NCBI RefSeq assembly: GCF_009914755.1
Contig: NC_060930.1
DNA: 64,000 nt
DNA from: the human T2T-CHM13v2.0 reference genome, Homo sapiens
Strand: one strand, 5' to 3'
The position numbers and the translations under genes are program-made. The notes under the pieces were generated by a model. The model had not been told where the DNA came from. It did not search any database and saw only the letters and a list, made by a program, of their open reading frames with translations. Of this stretch, positions 44,576 through 59,452 are shown piece by piece (position 1 is the first letter of the stretch; each line of letters opens with the position of its first letter).

Positions 44576-47500
44576 ATAAGAAACAGTAATCTATGAAGAC
44601 TATCCCCAGAAGACTGTCCTCCTATTATAAACATTTAGATGCATGAGTAACAAGAATTACAAATTATCTTCTTTTTATGTGAAATTTACTACTAAATAAT
44701 GGTTTGGACATCTAAAACCATGAAATGGAGAGTGTGTGTTTCTTACTAGATATTTTTAATTTATCTATTAAATAAATGCTAATGCTTGAGTTTGAACATG
44801 TGGACCCAGTAGAAATGCTTGTTTCTAGGATGGTTAATAATAAACTATCTGGTTTCATATTATTTGTAAAAATATTATTAAAATAATATAAATAATTATT
44901 TGTTAGAATTAATTGCTAGATATATTAAAGAGATACTGTGTATAGAAAAATGGTGTTACCACCGTTTATTGCTAATTGTAGTAGCAATAAAATATATTAC
45001 TCACTAATGTGAACCATGAATTGTGTTAGCATTTTAGTTGCATTTTTTTCACTTATACATCATAATAAGTTTAGGAAGTAGGTGGTATTATTATTTCCAT
45101 TTTATATTTAAGGAAACTGACTATGATTGGCTGGGATGGTAATCAGTACTAATACTCCTTACGATTAATTCCACAACAACTGTCCAATGTGAGGACTATT
45201 TATCCCACTCCACCTTACTGTTGAAGAAATCAAGTTTCAATAAAAGTTAAAAACCTTAAATGAGTAAGTGGTAATACTACAAATTAAACCCAGGATTCTA
45301 ATTTCGGAATTAACCCTCTTAGCCAAGATGATACGCAAAATATAATCAGCAATATCAATACCAATGTTGATATTGATTTATTTATGCAGTATTTAAATTA
45401 ATTATAGCTGGCGCCATAACGTTTCTCAGGGAGGAAATAAATATCTTTGGAAAAATGCATTAGTGGGTTGCTTGGCAGTGTGATTTGATGACAGAGGTAC
45501 AAGGATTACAAGAGAAGATAAAATAAATTTTTGCTCATTTTTTCCTGGAGGAAATGAGAAGAAATTGGAGAAAAGAATATGGAAAAGAAAAAGGGCTATA
45601 ATTAAAGAAAATTTTAGGAACATGAATGTCTAATGTGCAATGTCAAATTGTGTGTTGAGGGGTTTGTAATTTCCACAAGTATGAAATTGGGTTTTTTAAG
45701 CATTCTTATTAAGATATCAGGAGACATAGAGGACTCCTATTAATATCATTATCTATCTATCTATCTATCAACATCATCATCTAGATAGAAATGGAATGCT
45801 TATGTTAAAAAGAAAGAGTAAATTAAAGTGTCAAATTTGTCAAATGGATGATATAGGAATTTGATCAAAATTTAGGTTTGTTAAACCTAGAATCTGGTTC
45901 CATTTCACATTCCAACAGACATGAGGAAAATATACAAGTTGGAAAGAAACCTCTTTTGATATATTATTCCAGATCTTATATGCTGTTTAGGTATCAACAT
46001 CAATTTTCTTTACCTAACAGGAGAGCTGATCTGATTCTAAAATTTCTATTGAATTCTAATGGAATTTCACAATTTTTTATGAACTCCATGGGCATAGATG
46101 TGAGAATTTGATGTCTTTGCTACATAGTGATTATTTACAGAGACTCAGAAGAATAAGATGTATTTGTCCCACAACATGTATAATCTTCTCTCCCAAAGTT
46201 TCCAGTCCTGTTTTCTTTTTGCATTAAAGTAATTGACAGAATCCACAAATTTTAGGAAATGAAAATACTGGTAGTTGTAACAAATTAACTCTTACACATA
46301 ATAACTGCCTAGAAAGAATGTTGCAATTTAGTAACACATAGTAATGATCCTAGAACACCACTTAACACATTTTGAAACTTCAGTGCCTAATAACAGCTAT
46401 AGAGTTTAACCTTAAATTTTAATTTTTATGATCTAAGTTTTTAATGATGATTACAATCTGCTCTTTACTGTAAGCACATGACAGAAATTTAATTTTCTAA
46501 TTACTTGAGACTTACTACAGAAACACTCAATTATACTGCCAAAGTCATATGCTGTAAGTGTTTTTCAGAAGGTTAAAAGTAGTCTGACATTAGCTAGAAA
46601 TGTTCACCTCAGAATAAAACTTTACATTCAATGCCTCTTTCAGCAAACTTTTAATCATGTAGATTGAAATAAACATGAAATTGTTATAGTTAACACATGT
46701 CTTGACTCCATTATTTTGCCACTCTTGAGAATTAAGGTGATTACTATTAAATAATCAAGAATGAAAAGTAGGTTTACAGATTCCAGTACTACTTTCTCAT
46801 TTCTGTGAGTACTTTGATATTTAATAGATATTTTGAGTTTATTATTTCTATTTTCACAGAAAGAAATCAAATTTTGAATTTAAAATTCTAACATTTTTCC
46901 TGAATTATGGGCTAATTTTTCATTACCCAAGTTTGATTAAATAAAATTCTTTGACATAATTCGGGATATATCTGAATGCTGGTTTTATATGTCACTTATA
47001 ACTAGGCATTATATTCAGAAATAAGGACAGATTTGTGTTTTAAATGTTACTTGTAAAATCATAAATCAACCCTATCATATACATAATATCTTTGAAATCA
47101 ATTTAAACATGTTCAGAACTTACAGATAACCAGTCAGACTCCTGGTTATCTCTAAGTTCTGAAAAGTTCTCATAAAAGTTAGTGCCTCAAGACAACTGCT
47201 TAATGCATATATATATATATGCTCTTTTTAACTTTGCTGAGTGCTTGATATATTTGATAAGGCAAGTAGTGTCTAGGCTAAATGAAATGAAATGAAGTAG
47301 TGTCTAGACCATTGTTACTATGTGAAATATAGAACCATTTTCTTTCACTCCGCTCAGTGCTATCTCCAATATTTCAGATCAAAACTTTCCTTTGCCTTAA
47401 GAACAGGAGCTTTTCGTATTTGTCTTTACTTCCTCTGTGTTTAACCCAGAGTCATACGATATGCTTGTCAACAGCACTAATAGTTACCACTTCTTAAAGT

Positions 47501-49514
47501 TCCTTTGACTTCTGCCACTGTATTTGGCATTTCCTATGTTATTCTTAATCTTTATATTAATAATATAAAATAAGCAGTATTATCCTAATAATTCTTTTTT
47601 AAAAAATACTAAAATTTGGTGTAAAATGATTTGTCCAAGTCTACAAAGTCATAGGAGGCTGGGTCAGAATTCAAACTTTGGTCTGTCTCAAAAGCGATAC
47701 TGCTTCACTACTGTGTTTTGGTTGTCTTTGCACTGTGGGCCATGATAATCTCCTTTGAGATTTCACATATGGCATATGTGCTGCTGGAACAAAAGCATAA
47801 CACATATTCTTCTTAAATGAATGCATTAATAACATTTTATTAGTTCTATGAATAGCTCTTTCACTTCCATGAAGTCCATTTATAATTTTAATTAATTAAT
47901 TTCAAAGGAATTAGATTGCCTCCCTGAGTATTCAATTGTACTCATCAACACTTCCAGTGGTTATAAGATGTTTGATCAACTCTCTATCTGGGCCAAGATA
48001 AGACAAGGTAATCAGAGTGGCTTCATATCAATTGAAGGGTGCCTACTATAAGCAGTTCTAATGCAAGTCCCAGGAAATAATGCCTATATCTTAACAAATA
48101 AGAAAAGATAATACAGCATAAATTTGTTCAAGTAATCTAATATAATGATTAAAAAAAGTACTCCAGAGAAAAAAATAAATAATTATCTCACTTAGGAATT
48201 TAAAGAAAAATATATCAAATATAAATGGTTTTGAAAATGTGAAAAAGTAACAGACCATCAAAACCTGGATTCTCATTTCAACTTGGTCATTACCTCTCTG
48301 GGTAATCCTGGGCTGTTCACTCTTGGTGACTTGTGTCTCAGTTTCCTTATCTATAAACCAAGGACCTGAAAGCATATCATTTCTCAAACTTGTCTGATCA
48401 TAGGAATCACATGTGGTTATAGTTAAAAATATAAGCCTAAAAAGCCGAAAGAATCAGAATCCTCGTGGAAGGATGTCAGGGTGTGCATATTTTAGTAAAC
48501 ACACCAGTTTACACTGATGATGGAACAAGTTCAAGAAACACAGCAGTAAATTGTTGCTATAGAATGATAGAGAGTGGATAAATGGAATGATTCATCATTG
48601 CCAATATTTGGGCTTAATTTAGATTATTTTTCCTAATTTATAAGTTAGTTTTGAAAAAATTGGCTTGGTATATATTTCGTTGTTACCAAGGGCCCTGAAA
48701 TGAGGACAGCATGCAAAATGAAATTCTGAGTCAAATTAAAATACAGTTGCATGTGTGAAACATGAAATTCTTCCTCTTTTATGCCTCCAGTTATTCAGAA
48801 GGTAGCATTTGTTCAATGAGGATACTTCATTCGTAGCCTATGGGGAAACTGAATAAACTGATCTGGAGCTGCATTTTCTTATCTTAATGACAGATTAAAG
48901 TGAAGGTTTTATTATTTCTAATTCAGTTTGATTCAAGAGAGGCACAAAGGGAAAAGGATTAATAAAATGCATGTTGAATCCCTTTCCCTTTCCTATAACA
49001 AAGATGTGAAGATGCATTCAGATAATTGATATCAAATTACCAGTTTGTTTTTCTTTTTAAGTCACTGAGTAATTGCTTTATAGTTAATGTCCTAAGGATT
49101 AAGATGTCACCTGAGTGTTATGCCCGCAATCCGGGCAGCATCAACTTCGCAATAATACTTAATGGGCTCTAGGACATAAAGAAATTATTTCAGATGTTGA
49201 CATTGAAAGAGCCAATTAAGTAGGTCAGATGGCTTTAAAATAAAGAACTTTTTGAGAAGCTATTTACCAATTTTCCCCTTAGGAAAAGCAATTAAGATCA
49301 TAGAAAGACAGTGTTAATATAGAAATGACGAATCTGCTTGAGATTTAATCTTCAATAGTAAAATCAAAGAAAAACCTACTATAAAATTGTCTTCTCCATA
49401 ATTGAGACTGTCAAATTCTCCATAGTATTAAAAATTAGGCATATATAAAAAGGACTTTGGTAAACAAATTTCCCCCCAAAAGGCTTGAAATTTTTGATAA
49501 AACATTTTATCTTA

Positions 49515-49795
49515 GGCCAGGCACGGTCTCTCATGCCTGTATTCCCAGCAATTTGGAAGGCCAAGGCAGGTGGATCACGAGGTCAGGAGTTCAAGCCCAG
49601 CCTGGCCAAGATAGTGAAGCCCCGTCTCTACTAAAAATACAAAAATTAGCCAGGCGTGTTGGCGGGCACCTGTAATCCCAGCTACTCAGGAGGCTGAGGC
49701 AGAGAATTGCTCGAACCTGGGAGGCGGAGGTTGCAGTGAGCCGAGATCACTCCACTGCACTCCATCCTGGCCCACAGGGTAAGACTCTGTCTCAG

Positions 49796-49824
<29 letters not shown>
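49515..49824 (+). mobile_element. AluS
   Basis: Full Alu dimer with poly(A) tail. Confidence 0.95.
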
Positions 49825-49826
<2 letters not shown>

Positions 49827-51049
49827 TCAAGAAATTTTGTTTAAATATTAAAAGAAAATAAATTTCTGAAAATGCATAATATATATAAATCTTATTAATT
49901 ATGATGAAAATAATACAAGTCATTTGTATCAGTAGAAACCCTTATTCTAAGATTTTTTAAAAAAAGGATATTAGAATGAGAGAAGCCCACATAAAGAAGG
50001 ATAAAACAAGTAAAAAATTTCAAATGTGTAAAAATAACAGGAAGTGTGAAAAAAGTTCTGCCTTCATGGCACAGAATGTTTAATGATATAAGAAAACAGG
50101 AGGAAACATAACTCAGTTCCTGCTTTGATTCCATCTTCAATCAAAAAAGAATTATTTTTCACTTTGAAAGCATGGACCAACAATGTTTAAAAGTAAAATA
50201 ATACCCAAGAAATCAAGAAAATGAAAGAATCCTTAGGTATGTTATCATTTTTTCAAATGTCCTGGTCTAGAAAAATTACATCACAGTATACTTAAAGAAA
50301 GTATAAGTGTTCTTATTAAAGTATTTCCAACTACGTTTGAAAAATCTTGGAAAATAGGTGGACACAGGAAACAAATAGTAGTAGGTGATAAATACGGGCT
50401 TTATTTTAAATGGGAAAAGGGGCTGAATTCTAGAAATCGTGCTTTATTAAATTTAATAAACTTTAAATTTAATAGTGGTCTCTGTAAAAATTATGGAATA
50501 TGTTACAGAATAGGTGGTTTGTGAATTTATAGAAAACAAAATGGGGATAAATAGAAACCAGCCTGGCTATACTAAGAAATAATACTATTAATCTAACAAC
50601 TACTGCTAGGGATGTCACAGAGCAGAATGTTGTAAGCATAGTACATATGCTTCTTCTTCTTACAAGGTATTTGAAATAATCTCTCATGTTCCTGAAGAAA
50701 GGAAAGATAAATATGGATTGTTTGATTAAATAACATTCTATAACAACTAAAAGGATCTCAATTAGTGAGCTAGAAAAACAATATTTATCAAGTGCTGTCC
50801 AAAGGCTGATATTATGGGATAAGATAATATTCCTGCCCTCTAGAAGTTTGCATTATAATGGAGAAATGTTTCTAGTTGTATGTCACTGACACTATGTTGA
50901 AACAGTGGCCACTGACTTGGAAATCACTTCAGATATGCAGATGTCATTGATTATGGAATAATACCTAACATATTGAATGATAGAATCCAGCAAGAAGATG
51001 TCAATGAACAGAGTGTACACCACATATCACACATTCTTTAATATTCCTT

Positions 51050-51550
51050 TCATTGAGAATGGTGACTACATTAAGAACTAGTGATTTTTCAGCTCTCTCC
51101 CTCCCAGCCCAGCCCCCCTCCACCAGCACCTTGAAGCTGAACAAGCTTAGTGACTGTTTGACTAAGAATAATGTCAGACATGAATCTGTACCAATTTACA
51201 GACCTAGGTCTTAAGACACTGACAGATTTCTTTTCCTACATTTTCGAACACTGACTTATGAAAGACAGCTGCAATGCTGTGTGGAAGAGCAAGCAGCCCT
51301 ATAGAATGGCCTGTGTAAAGAGGTACTACATCCCCTGTGTTACGGCTCCTACTGAGCCCCCAGCCAATAGCTAGTGCCAAATGCCAGTCACAGGTGGAGC
51401 TATCTTGGACATGGACCCTTCACACCCAGTTTATTCAAGATGACCCTGAAAGACAGTGTCAAAAGACAAGCTATTCCAACAGAAAAGGACTCCCCAGATT
51501 GCATATTTGTGAGACAAATAAATTGTTATTTTCTGTCGCCATGTTTTGTG
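51050..51550 (+). mobile_element. MLT1 LTR followed by (TG)(TC)(CA) microsatellites (to about 51632)
   Basis: gcagccctatagaatggcctgtgt...ccccagattgcatatttgtgagacaaataaattgttatt. Confidence 0.6.
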
Positions 51551-52052
51551 TGTGTCTCTCTGTGTGTGTCTCTCTCTCCCTTCTCTCTCTCTCTTGCACA
51601 CTGTCTCTCAAGCACACACACACACACACACATTTAAGATCACAAATTCAATTGTATAAAGTAATAAACACTTAATTCTAAATATAAATAAATATCTAGA
51701 TCAACGTATTTTAACTAACTGTCACTTGAATATGAACCAGCAGTGCATACAGCAGATTCACTAACAGAGACTCTTATCCAGATCCAGTCATTCTCCTTAT
51801 ACCTAACCATTGACACATTCTATTAATTTTGCCTCCAAAGGTCTCTTGGACACTTCTCTTCTTCATCCATACTGATGCCACCATTTTCACTTATGTAACA
51901 GTTTCCTGACTTGAATCTTCACATTCACTCTTACCTCTCTCAAATCGCTCCTCCGACTGAAATGAAAATTAGTTGTTAAAATGTGTAAATCTGAGTTAGT
52001 CTCTGTTTACAATCCTTTCAATCATATTATTATTATTACAAAGACTCACTGA

Positions 52053-52352
<300 letters not shown>

Positions 52353-53408
52353 AAGACTCACTGATTTTTATCCTAATATTTAGCAAACAATTTATCAGAA
52401 ATGTTGTCAATTGCCACTGACCTCTTTGTCCTTTTTATTCCCTCACCTTAACTTTCTTTACCTAGAATGTGTTCCACTTCCTTCTGCCTCAATTTTTTTG
52501 TACACTCTGTTCCCTTTGATGAGCATGACTAAATTTCATTAGTATCCTTCGAATTGCTGGTCAACCGTTACGTATTCAGGTAAATAAATGTTCTCTGCCC
52601 TTCCATACTAGGTCATCCCCTCTGTTCCCACAAACAAGACTCCACACCTCTCACAACTTCCTTTGTCTCTTCTCTGAGACATTTGACACACTTGCCATTA
52701 ATAATTATCTGGTGGCTTGCTGTTCATTGGCTCTCACTACAAATACAAGGCATTCATCAGAAGGGCAGGGACTCTGTGTTGTCGTTTCAGTTTCCCAAAC
52801 ACCTTACAACTATCTTATATGGTGTAAGTGCTTATTAATTATGTGTTAAATATGTAAATGATCAGTTGACTTCAGGGATTTGAAAGCCTTATTCTCCTCA
52901 TATGAGACATTCATCATTATAAATTCACAGTTTGGCTACATAGATGCTCCCTGTTTATTTCTCTGGATTGAAGAAATAAGGGTATTACAACCATGCTGAG
53001 CAGCTGAAATCTGGAGTATTTTGTTTAATTGTGGCATCAAAGAACTGTGACAAGCTAAGATCAATTGAAAACAGTCATAAAGATGAAAAGTCTGGAGACC
53101 ATGTCACCTGAGAAATTTCTCAGGAAATCAGGAATTTGGTACAGGGAAGAGAGAACTCTAGCTGAGTTGTTATGCAGGAATACGTGAGCTGTTGGAATAG
53201 ATATTTCTCCAATGGACACAACTAATACCCATATATAAGATTTACCATGTTGTTCAACCCATTTATTCACTAAAGACCTAGGAAGCACTCACCATGTGTC
53301 TTGCACTACTTTAGGCAGGAGTTTGTAATGATGGAGCTAACACACTCATAAAAAACAAAAAGATGAAGACCAATTAAATAAAAATTGGTAACTAGTATAA
53401 AACAGATA

Positions 53409-53575
53409 GGCCCCAGTGTGTGATGTTACCATCCCTGTGTCCATGTGTTCTCCTTGTTCAACTCCCACTTATGAGTGAGAACATGCACACGTATATATCT
53501 ATGTAACAAACCTGCACGTTTGCACATGTATCCCAGAACTTAAAGTATATACCTGAGTAAAAAAACAAAACAAAG
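53409..53575 (+). mobile_element. Very short 5'-inverted L1PA 3'-end insertion
   Basis: Antisense L1PA 3'UTR 53409-53486, then sense terminal L1PA 53487-53549 and an A-rich tail; approximate TSD aaa(a/g)cagata. Confidence 0.8.
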
Positions 53576-53579
53576 CAGA

Positions 53580-55450
53580 TAAGTACCTTGAAAGAGAACA
53601 TAAGGAGAGATCACCATAGATTGGGTGGTTAAAAAAAAAAATTAAAAAGCTCCAAAAAGGGAATTTTCAAGATGAAATCTGAGGCATGAGAAGCGGGCAG
53701 GTCAGGCCTATAAAGTTTCTCCTAGCAGTAGAAAAGGGGAAGTGTATTCCAGGTAGAATAATTCTGACATTGGAAGATTGTAAGGAGATAAAAATGTAGC
53801 GTCCTCGTGACTTAGAAAAAGGTGAATGTAGCTTGGGCATTATATGTAAGCAGAAGTGTGACACAAGATGAAGTTAGAGAGAGGAGCGAGAATCAGATGA
53901 GGTAGGGCACTGTCGGTCACGATTAAAAGTTTGGATTTTATTATTTGTGCTACGTGAGAAGTACCTGGAATTAAAATGTTTTTCCATTTGATTTTAAAGG
54001 GATACGTTTTTGAAGTATAACTTATTAGAGATAGATTAACAAAGAATATTGAATGCCAGGTAGAATAGACTAAGCAAAAACTACGTACATCACACACACA
54101 CACACACAAAAGATAACAGTGAAAAAAGAAACAACTGGTTAGGTTTGAGATCTATGTATTGCAGTTATATCATGAGCTGAATTGTGCCCATCTCTGCACA
54201 CCCCAACCCCATTTGAAGAGGCAGCAAGATGGCAGCCATGTGCAAGCCAGAGAAAGAGGCCCCAGAGGAACCAATCCAATATGGACCTTGATTTTAGACA
54301 TCTAGCCTCCAAAACTGAAAAAAAATAAATTTCTGTTGCTTAAACCACCCACATTGTGGAATTTTATTATGGCAGCCCTAGGAAACTTCTACAAAGTGGA
54401 ACAGGCAATATTTGTCAAGGGATTAGATGTAGAGTGATAGAAAATTAGCAGCAGGTATCATTCCCATGTTTGCCAATGGAATAACTAGGTGGATAGGGAT
54501 GCCATTTCCTGAAACAGAAAGACTGAGGGAAGAGCACATTTCTTTGGAGTAATCAGGAATTTTTCTTCAATTACCCCAAATCTGAGATGACTGTGAGGCA
54601 TATTTAGTAGAGATATAAATCACGGCAGCTGATTATTTAAAAATCTAGAGCTCAGAGGAGATATCTTTGTTAAAGGAATATACATGGGGTGTCTATTCAT
54701 ATATGTGTATGCATGTATGTACATATACATACTCATTAGGGAGTGGATTATTCACTCCCTATTATTCAATATTAGGGAGTGGATTAGATCACCGAAGGGG
54801 AGGTGGTAGAGAAATAAGGGAAGTACATCCAACACTTATCTCTAAAGCAGTCAGCATTTCAAGTTAATGTGGAAGAAGAACAAGCAAAAGACACTGAGAA
54901 GTGTCTCAGTGTCTTCACAGTGATCAGTGATGTAAAAGTACATCTGGGAGAGTATGATAAAACAGAAACAAAAATAGAAGTGGTTTCCAAAAGGAGGGCA
55001 TTGCATTTAAAATGCTGCTGAAAGTTAGAGTAAGATGAGAAAAACATTTATCCCTTTAACTTGGCATCATGAAGGTCTTTAGTGATTTTTGACAAGATTT
55101 TTTTCAGTGGAATTGTGGGGGTGGAAGCCAGAATGGATTGAGATGAGAAATGAGAGGGAGTCAGGAAGTGAACTGAATGTGATTGCTTTTTAAAAAAAGA
55201 TTCATTATGAAGTGTATCTGAGAAACAGGTTGTTGATCAGAAGTTTTTAGACAGGTAGTATTGCTATAAAATATGTATGCTGATGGAAGTGGTCCAGGAG
55301 AGAGGGAGAGATTATTGGTGTGAGAGCCAATAGAAGTAATATCCAAGTTACCTGTGGAGGGGATGGCTCTTAGATAAGAGCAGTATCTCCCTGGAGATAG
55401 GAAGACAGGAGAAAATGGGTGAAGGTACAATCAGTTTAATGAATATAAGG
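53580..55450. mobile_element. Long degenerate L2 region with an MLT1 insertion (about 54155-54392)
   Basis: L2 motifs (ggattagatgtagagtgatag, gatgccatttcctga, tggcatcatgaaggtctttagtga) and an MLT1 3' end (tagcctccaaaactg...ggcagccctagga). Confidence 0.6.
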
Positions 55451-55828
55451 TATTTTCCATCTAATCACATCTGTTTTATAAATAATGAATGAAAAAAGGT
55501 TATCACTTATCATTCAAGAGTTGAGGAGAAGCATTTTTAATAATCAGAGAAAAGTTACAAAATATTCATAGGGTGTAATAAGAGAGGGAGCTTATAAGTA
55601 ACAGTCTGTGTGGTGAGATCATGAGAACCTGGTGACTATAACTTTACAGGGACATCTAACTGCCTGAGGGTGTGAATTTCTTCAGTAATGCTCTGCTGCA
55701 TGGGTCCTGGATCAGGAAGGGCAGTTGTTCATCACAGTAAACGTGGTGATCCAGCCAGAAAAATGTTAAATAGCTGAAGACTGTTGTAAGTAAATTATTA
55801 TAACAATGGGCGTGGAATCCATGGGATA

Positions 55829-56343
55829 TACATTAGTTACCTATATTTGCATAACAAATTATCCCCAAATTTAGCAGTTGGAAGCCAAACATTCCTGATT
55901 TATAGTGTCTGTAGGTCAGGAATCCAGAAGCAGCTTAGCTGCTTGATTCTGGCTCAAGCCTGTCATGTAGTGGCAACCAGGATGTTGGCTGGGCTGCAGT
56001 CCTCTCAAGACTTGAATGAGGAAGCTTCCACTTCTGAGCTCACTCATGTGTCTTTTGACAGGCCTCAGAAGGCCAAACTCACATGGACTTCTCTATTTAG
56101 GGCTGTATGACAACATGGCACCTGGCTTACTGGCAAACAAATGCTCTAAGGAAGAGTAAAGGAGCTCCCAAGATGGAAAACACAGTCATTTTATATCTTA
56201 ACATCCCATTGCTACTACCATATTCTGTTTGATAAAAGCAAATTTCTAAATCTAGCCCACATTCAAGAGAGAGACAATTACACAAGGACACACATATCAG
56301 GAAGTAGGGATCATTTGGGTCCATGTTAGAGGCTGCTTACCAC
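55829..56343 (-). mobile_element. MLT1 solo LTR
   Basis: ataacaaattatccccaaatttagcag...gtcaggaatccagaagcagcttagctg...aggctgcttaccaca. Confidence 0.75.
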
Positions 56344-56564
56344 AGGGTATAAGGAGGAAAGTGAAGATAAGAGCAGAAATTGGTGGGAATCACTAATAAT
56401 AAAAAAAAGACCTGAATTTTGTGAAAGACTTGATTCCATGTGGTTACTTAGGAGGTGAGTTTATAAAAGCAGAAGGTTGTAATTGGAGAATTGAAACATT
56501 AAATTTTAAATACTGGAAGCAGTTTAGTCACTGGTTAGACTTTTTAGTTAAAGACCATAGGGAA

Positions 56565-57694
<1,130 letters not shown>

Positions 57695-59307
57695 CTAAAA
57701 GATTCCATGAATGGAAACTATAACCTGGAGGAAGAGGTAAAGCTGCAAAGGCAGATGCCTTGGTCTCTACAGAAAGGTGAGCATGAAACTGAAATAAGGA
57801 GTACATATTTGAAACCAAAGGGGAGACTAAGGATACTGATTCTGCCACTGACCCATTTAATCAGGGTATGGAAGCAGCAGACATATAAATTGCATCTGTT
57901 TGACACGGTTGGAAGAGATGCCATGTCTTCATAAAAGAGCAGGCTTCAGTCAAGGAAGTGGGTAGAGAATATTCTTCCTCTTGTTTGTTGGTATAAAAAA
58001 GCATGGAGATCCAGAAGGCAAAATGAGAGAATCTGCCAGGAAGAGAAATGGTAGAGATAAGTGGATCAGAATTGGTAGAAACAGGACTGAACATGAATAA
58101 ATGTTCAGAAATAATAGGTAGTCCATAGACTTCAATACCTGGTGTTGATAAAGCTCAGCAGATGTGCTGTTCCTGGCAGCCTTAGTTATTGTCATCATTA
58201 ATGATAAAGTGGGACTTCTGTCAAAGAAAAAAATTATCAGAGTGGGAGAGGAATAAAAATGGAAAGGACTGTCTGTACCTCAGAAGATGATAGCAAGGGA
58301 GAAAGGCAAAGCTAGTAAAACTATGGAGGTTTTCAAAATTGTGATAGAATAGAGAGGCATTTCCAACCTGTGAGTGGGAAAATTGTGATTCTTTCTAGTC
58401 TAGGATTTAATTGCATTTTTCTCTCACTGCTTCCATTTCTTGTGAGACACCTTCTGTTATTTAGACTATGTCAGGAAGAGCCTTAGACATTATTCAATCA
58501 AGCTCTTTTCTGTGAGATAACTGAAGTCCAGAGAATTCATAGCTTCTTGTCCTTAATGAGGTATATACTTAGTGTCAGTTTCGTGAGTAAAAATGAAGAA
58601 TCTTGATTTCTAGTATAATTGAAATTTCAGGGATTAAAGATAATGGTGTAAGTATAGTAACTTTATATGAGAAAATAACTAGCTGAAAAAGGTCAAATTT
58701 GGGGGTGAATGTATGTTCGATTGCAAACCCATATTTTGAGGTTTTAAAGTCCATATTTTCCAAGATACTTCTACAGCACACAAATATGACATTATGTGTT
58801 ACCTACTTACAGCATTTCCTTAATATCACCAATGAAATCTTGAAAATTGATGGCCAAAAGTATTTACCGACTTTTTTTTAACTTGTATCGTTGTATAGGG
58901 AAATAATGATAAAAAATGGAAACCTGATGCAACTGGGATTTTTGTAACCTTGACTTTGCCTAGCATGGAATAGGACTACACTTGAACTAACCCAGGATAG
59001 CTGTTCTATGACATCTCCCTTAACCCCAAGTCTATCCCTTTATTTTTTAGTACTTCAATGTACTTTCTATTCTGGGATGTCCAAGTAGAAAATGACCAAT
59101 TTGTTTTTTTACATAGAGACTAGAGGATATACAGCTTGGTTTCTGAGAGACTTCCTTTTTTAATAATAATAAAATAATGATAATAAACAGGAGACAGAGG
59201 AGAAGAAGTTGTTTAACTTTATAGTAAATATGCTAATATTAAGGATAAGTTCTCATAACAATGTAATCTTGTAATATTTTGATCATTTAATTAACATTCC
59301 AAAGCTT

Positions 59308-59452
59308 TGTGTATGTGTGTGTATATATATGTGTGTGTATATATGTATGTGTGTACATATATATGTGTATATATATATGTGTGCATATATATATATGGGA
59401 GATACTAAATACTAAATACTAAAAACTAAATACTAATACTAAATACTAAAAA
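59308..59452. repeat. (TG/TA)n microsatellite followed by (TACTAAA)n
   Basis: Seen directly. Confidence 0.85.

Noticed and set aside
47264-47307. 13-bp direct repeat aagtagtgtctag around (aaatg)n
   Set aside because: It is very small and consistent with simple slippage, with no element between the copies.
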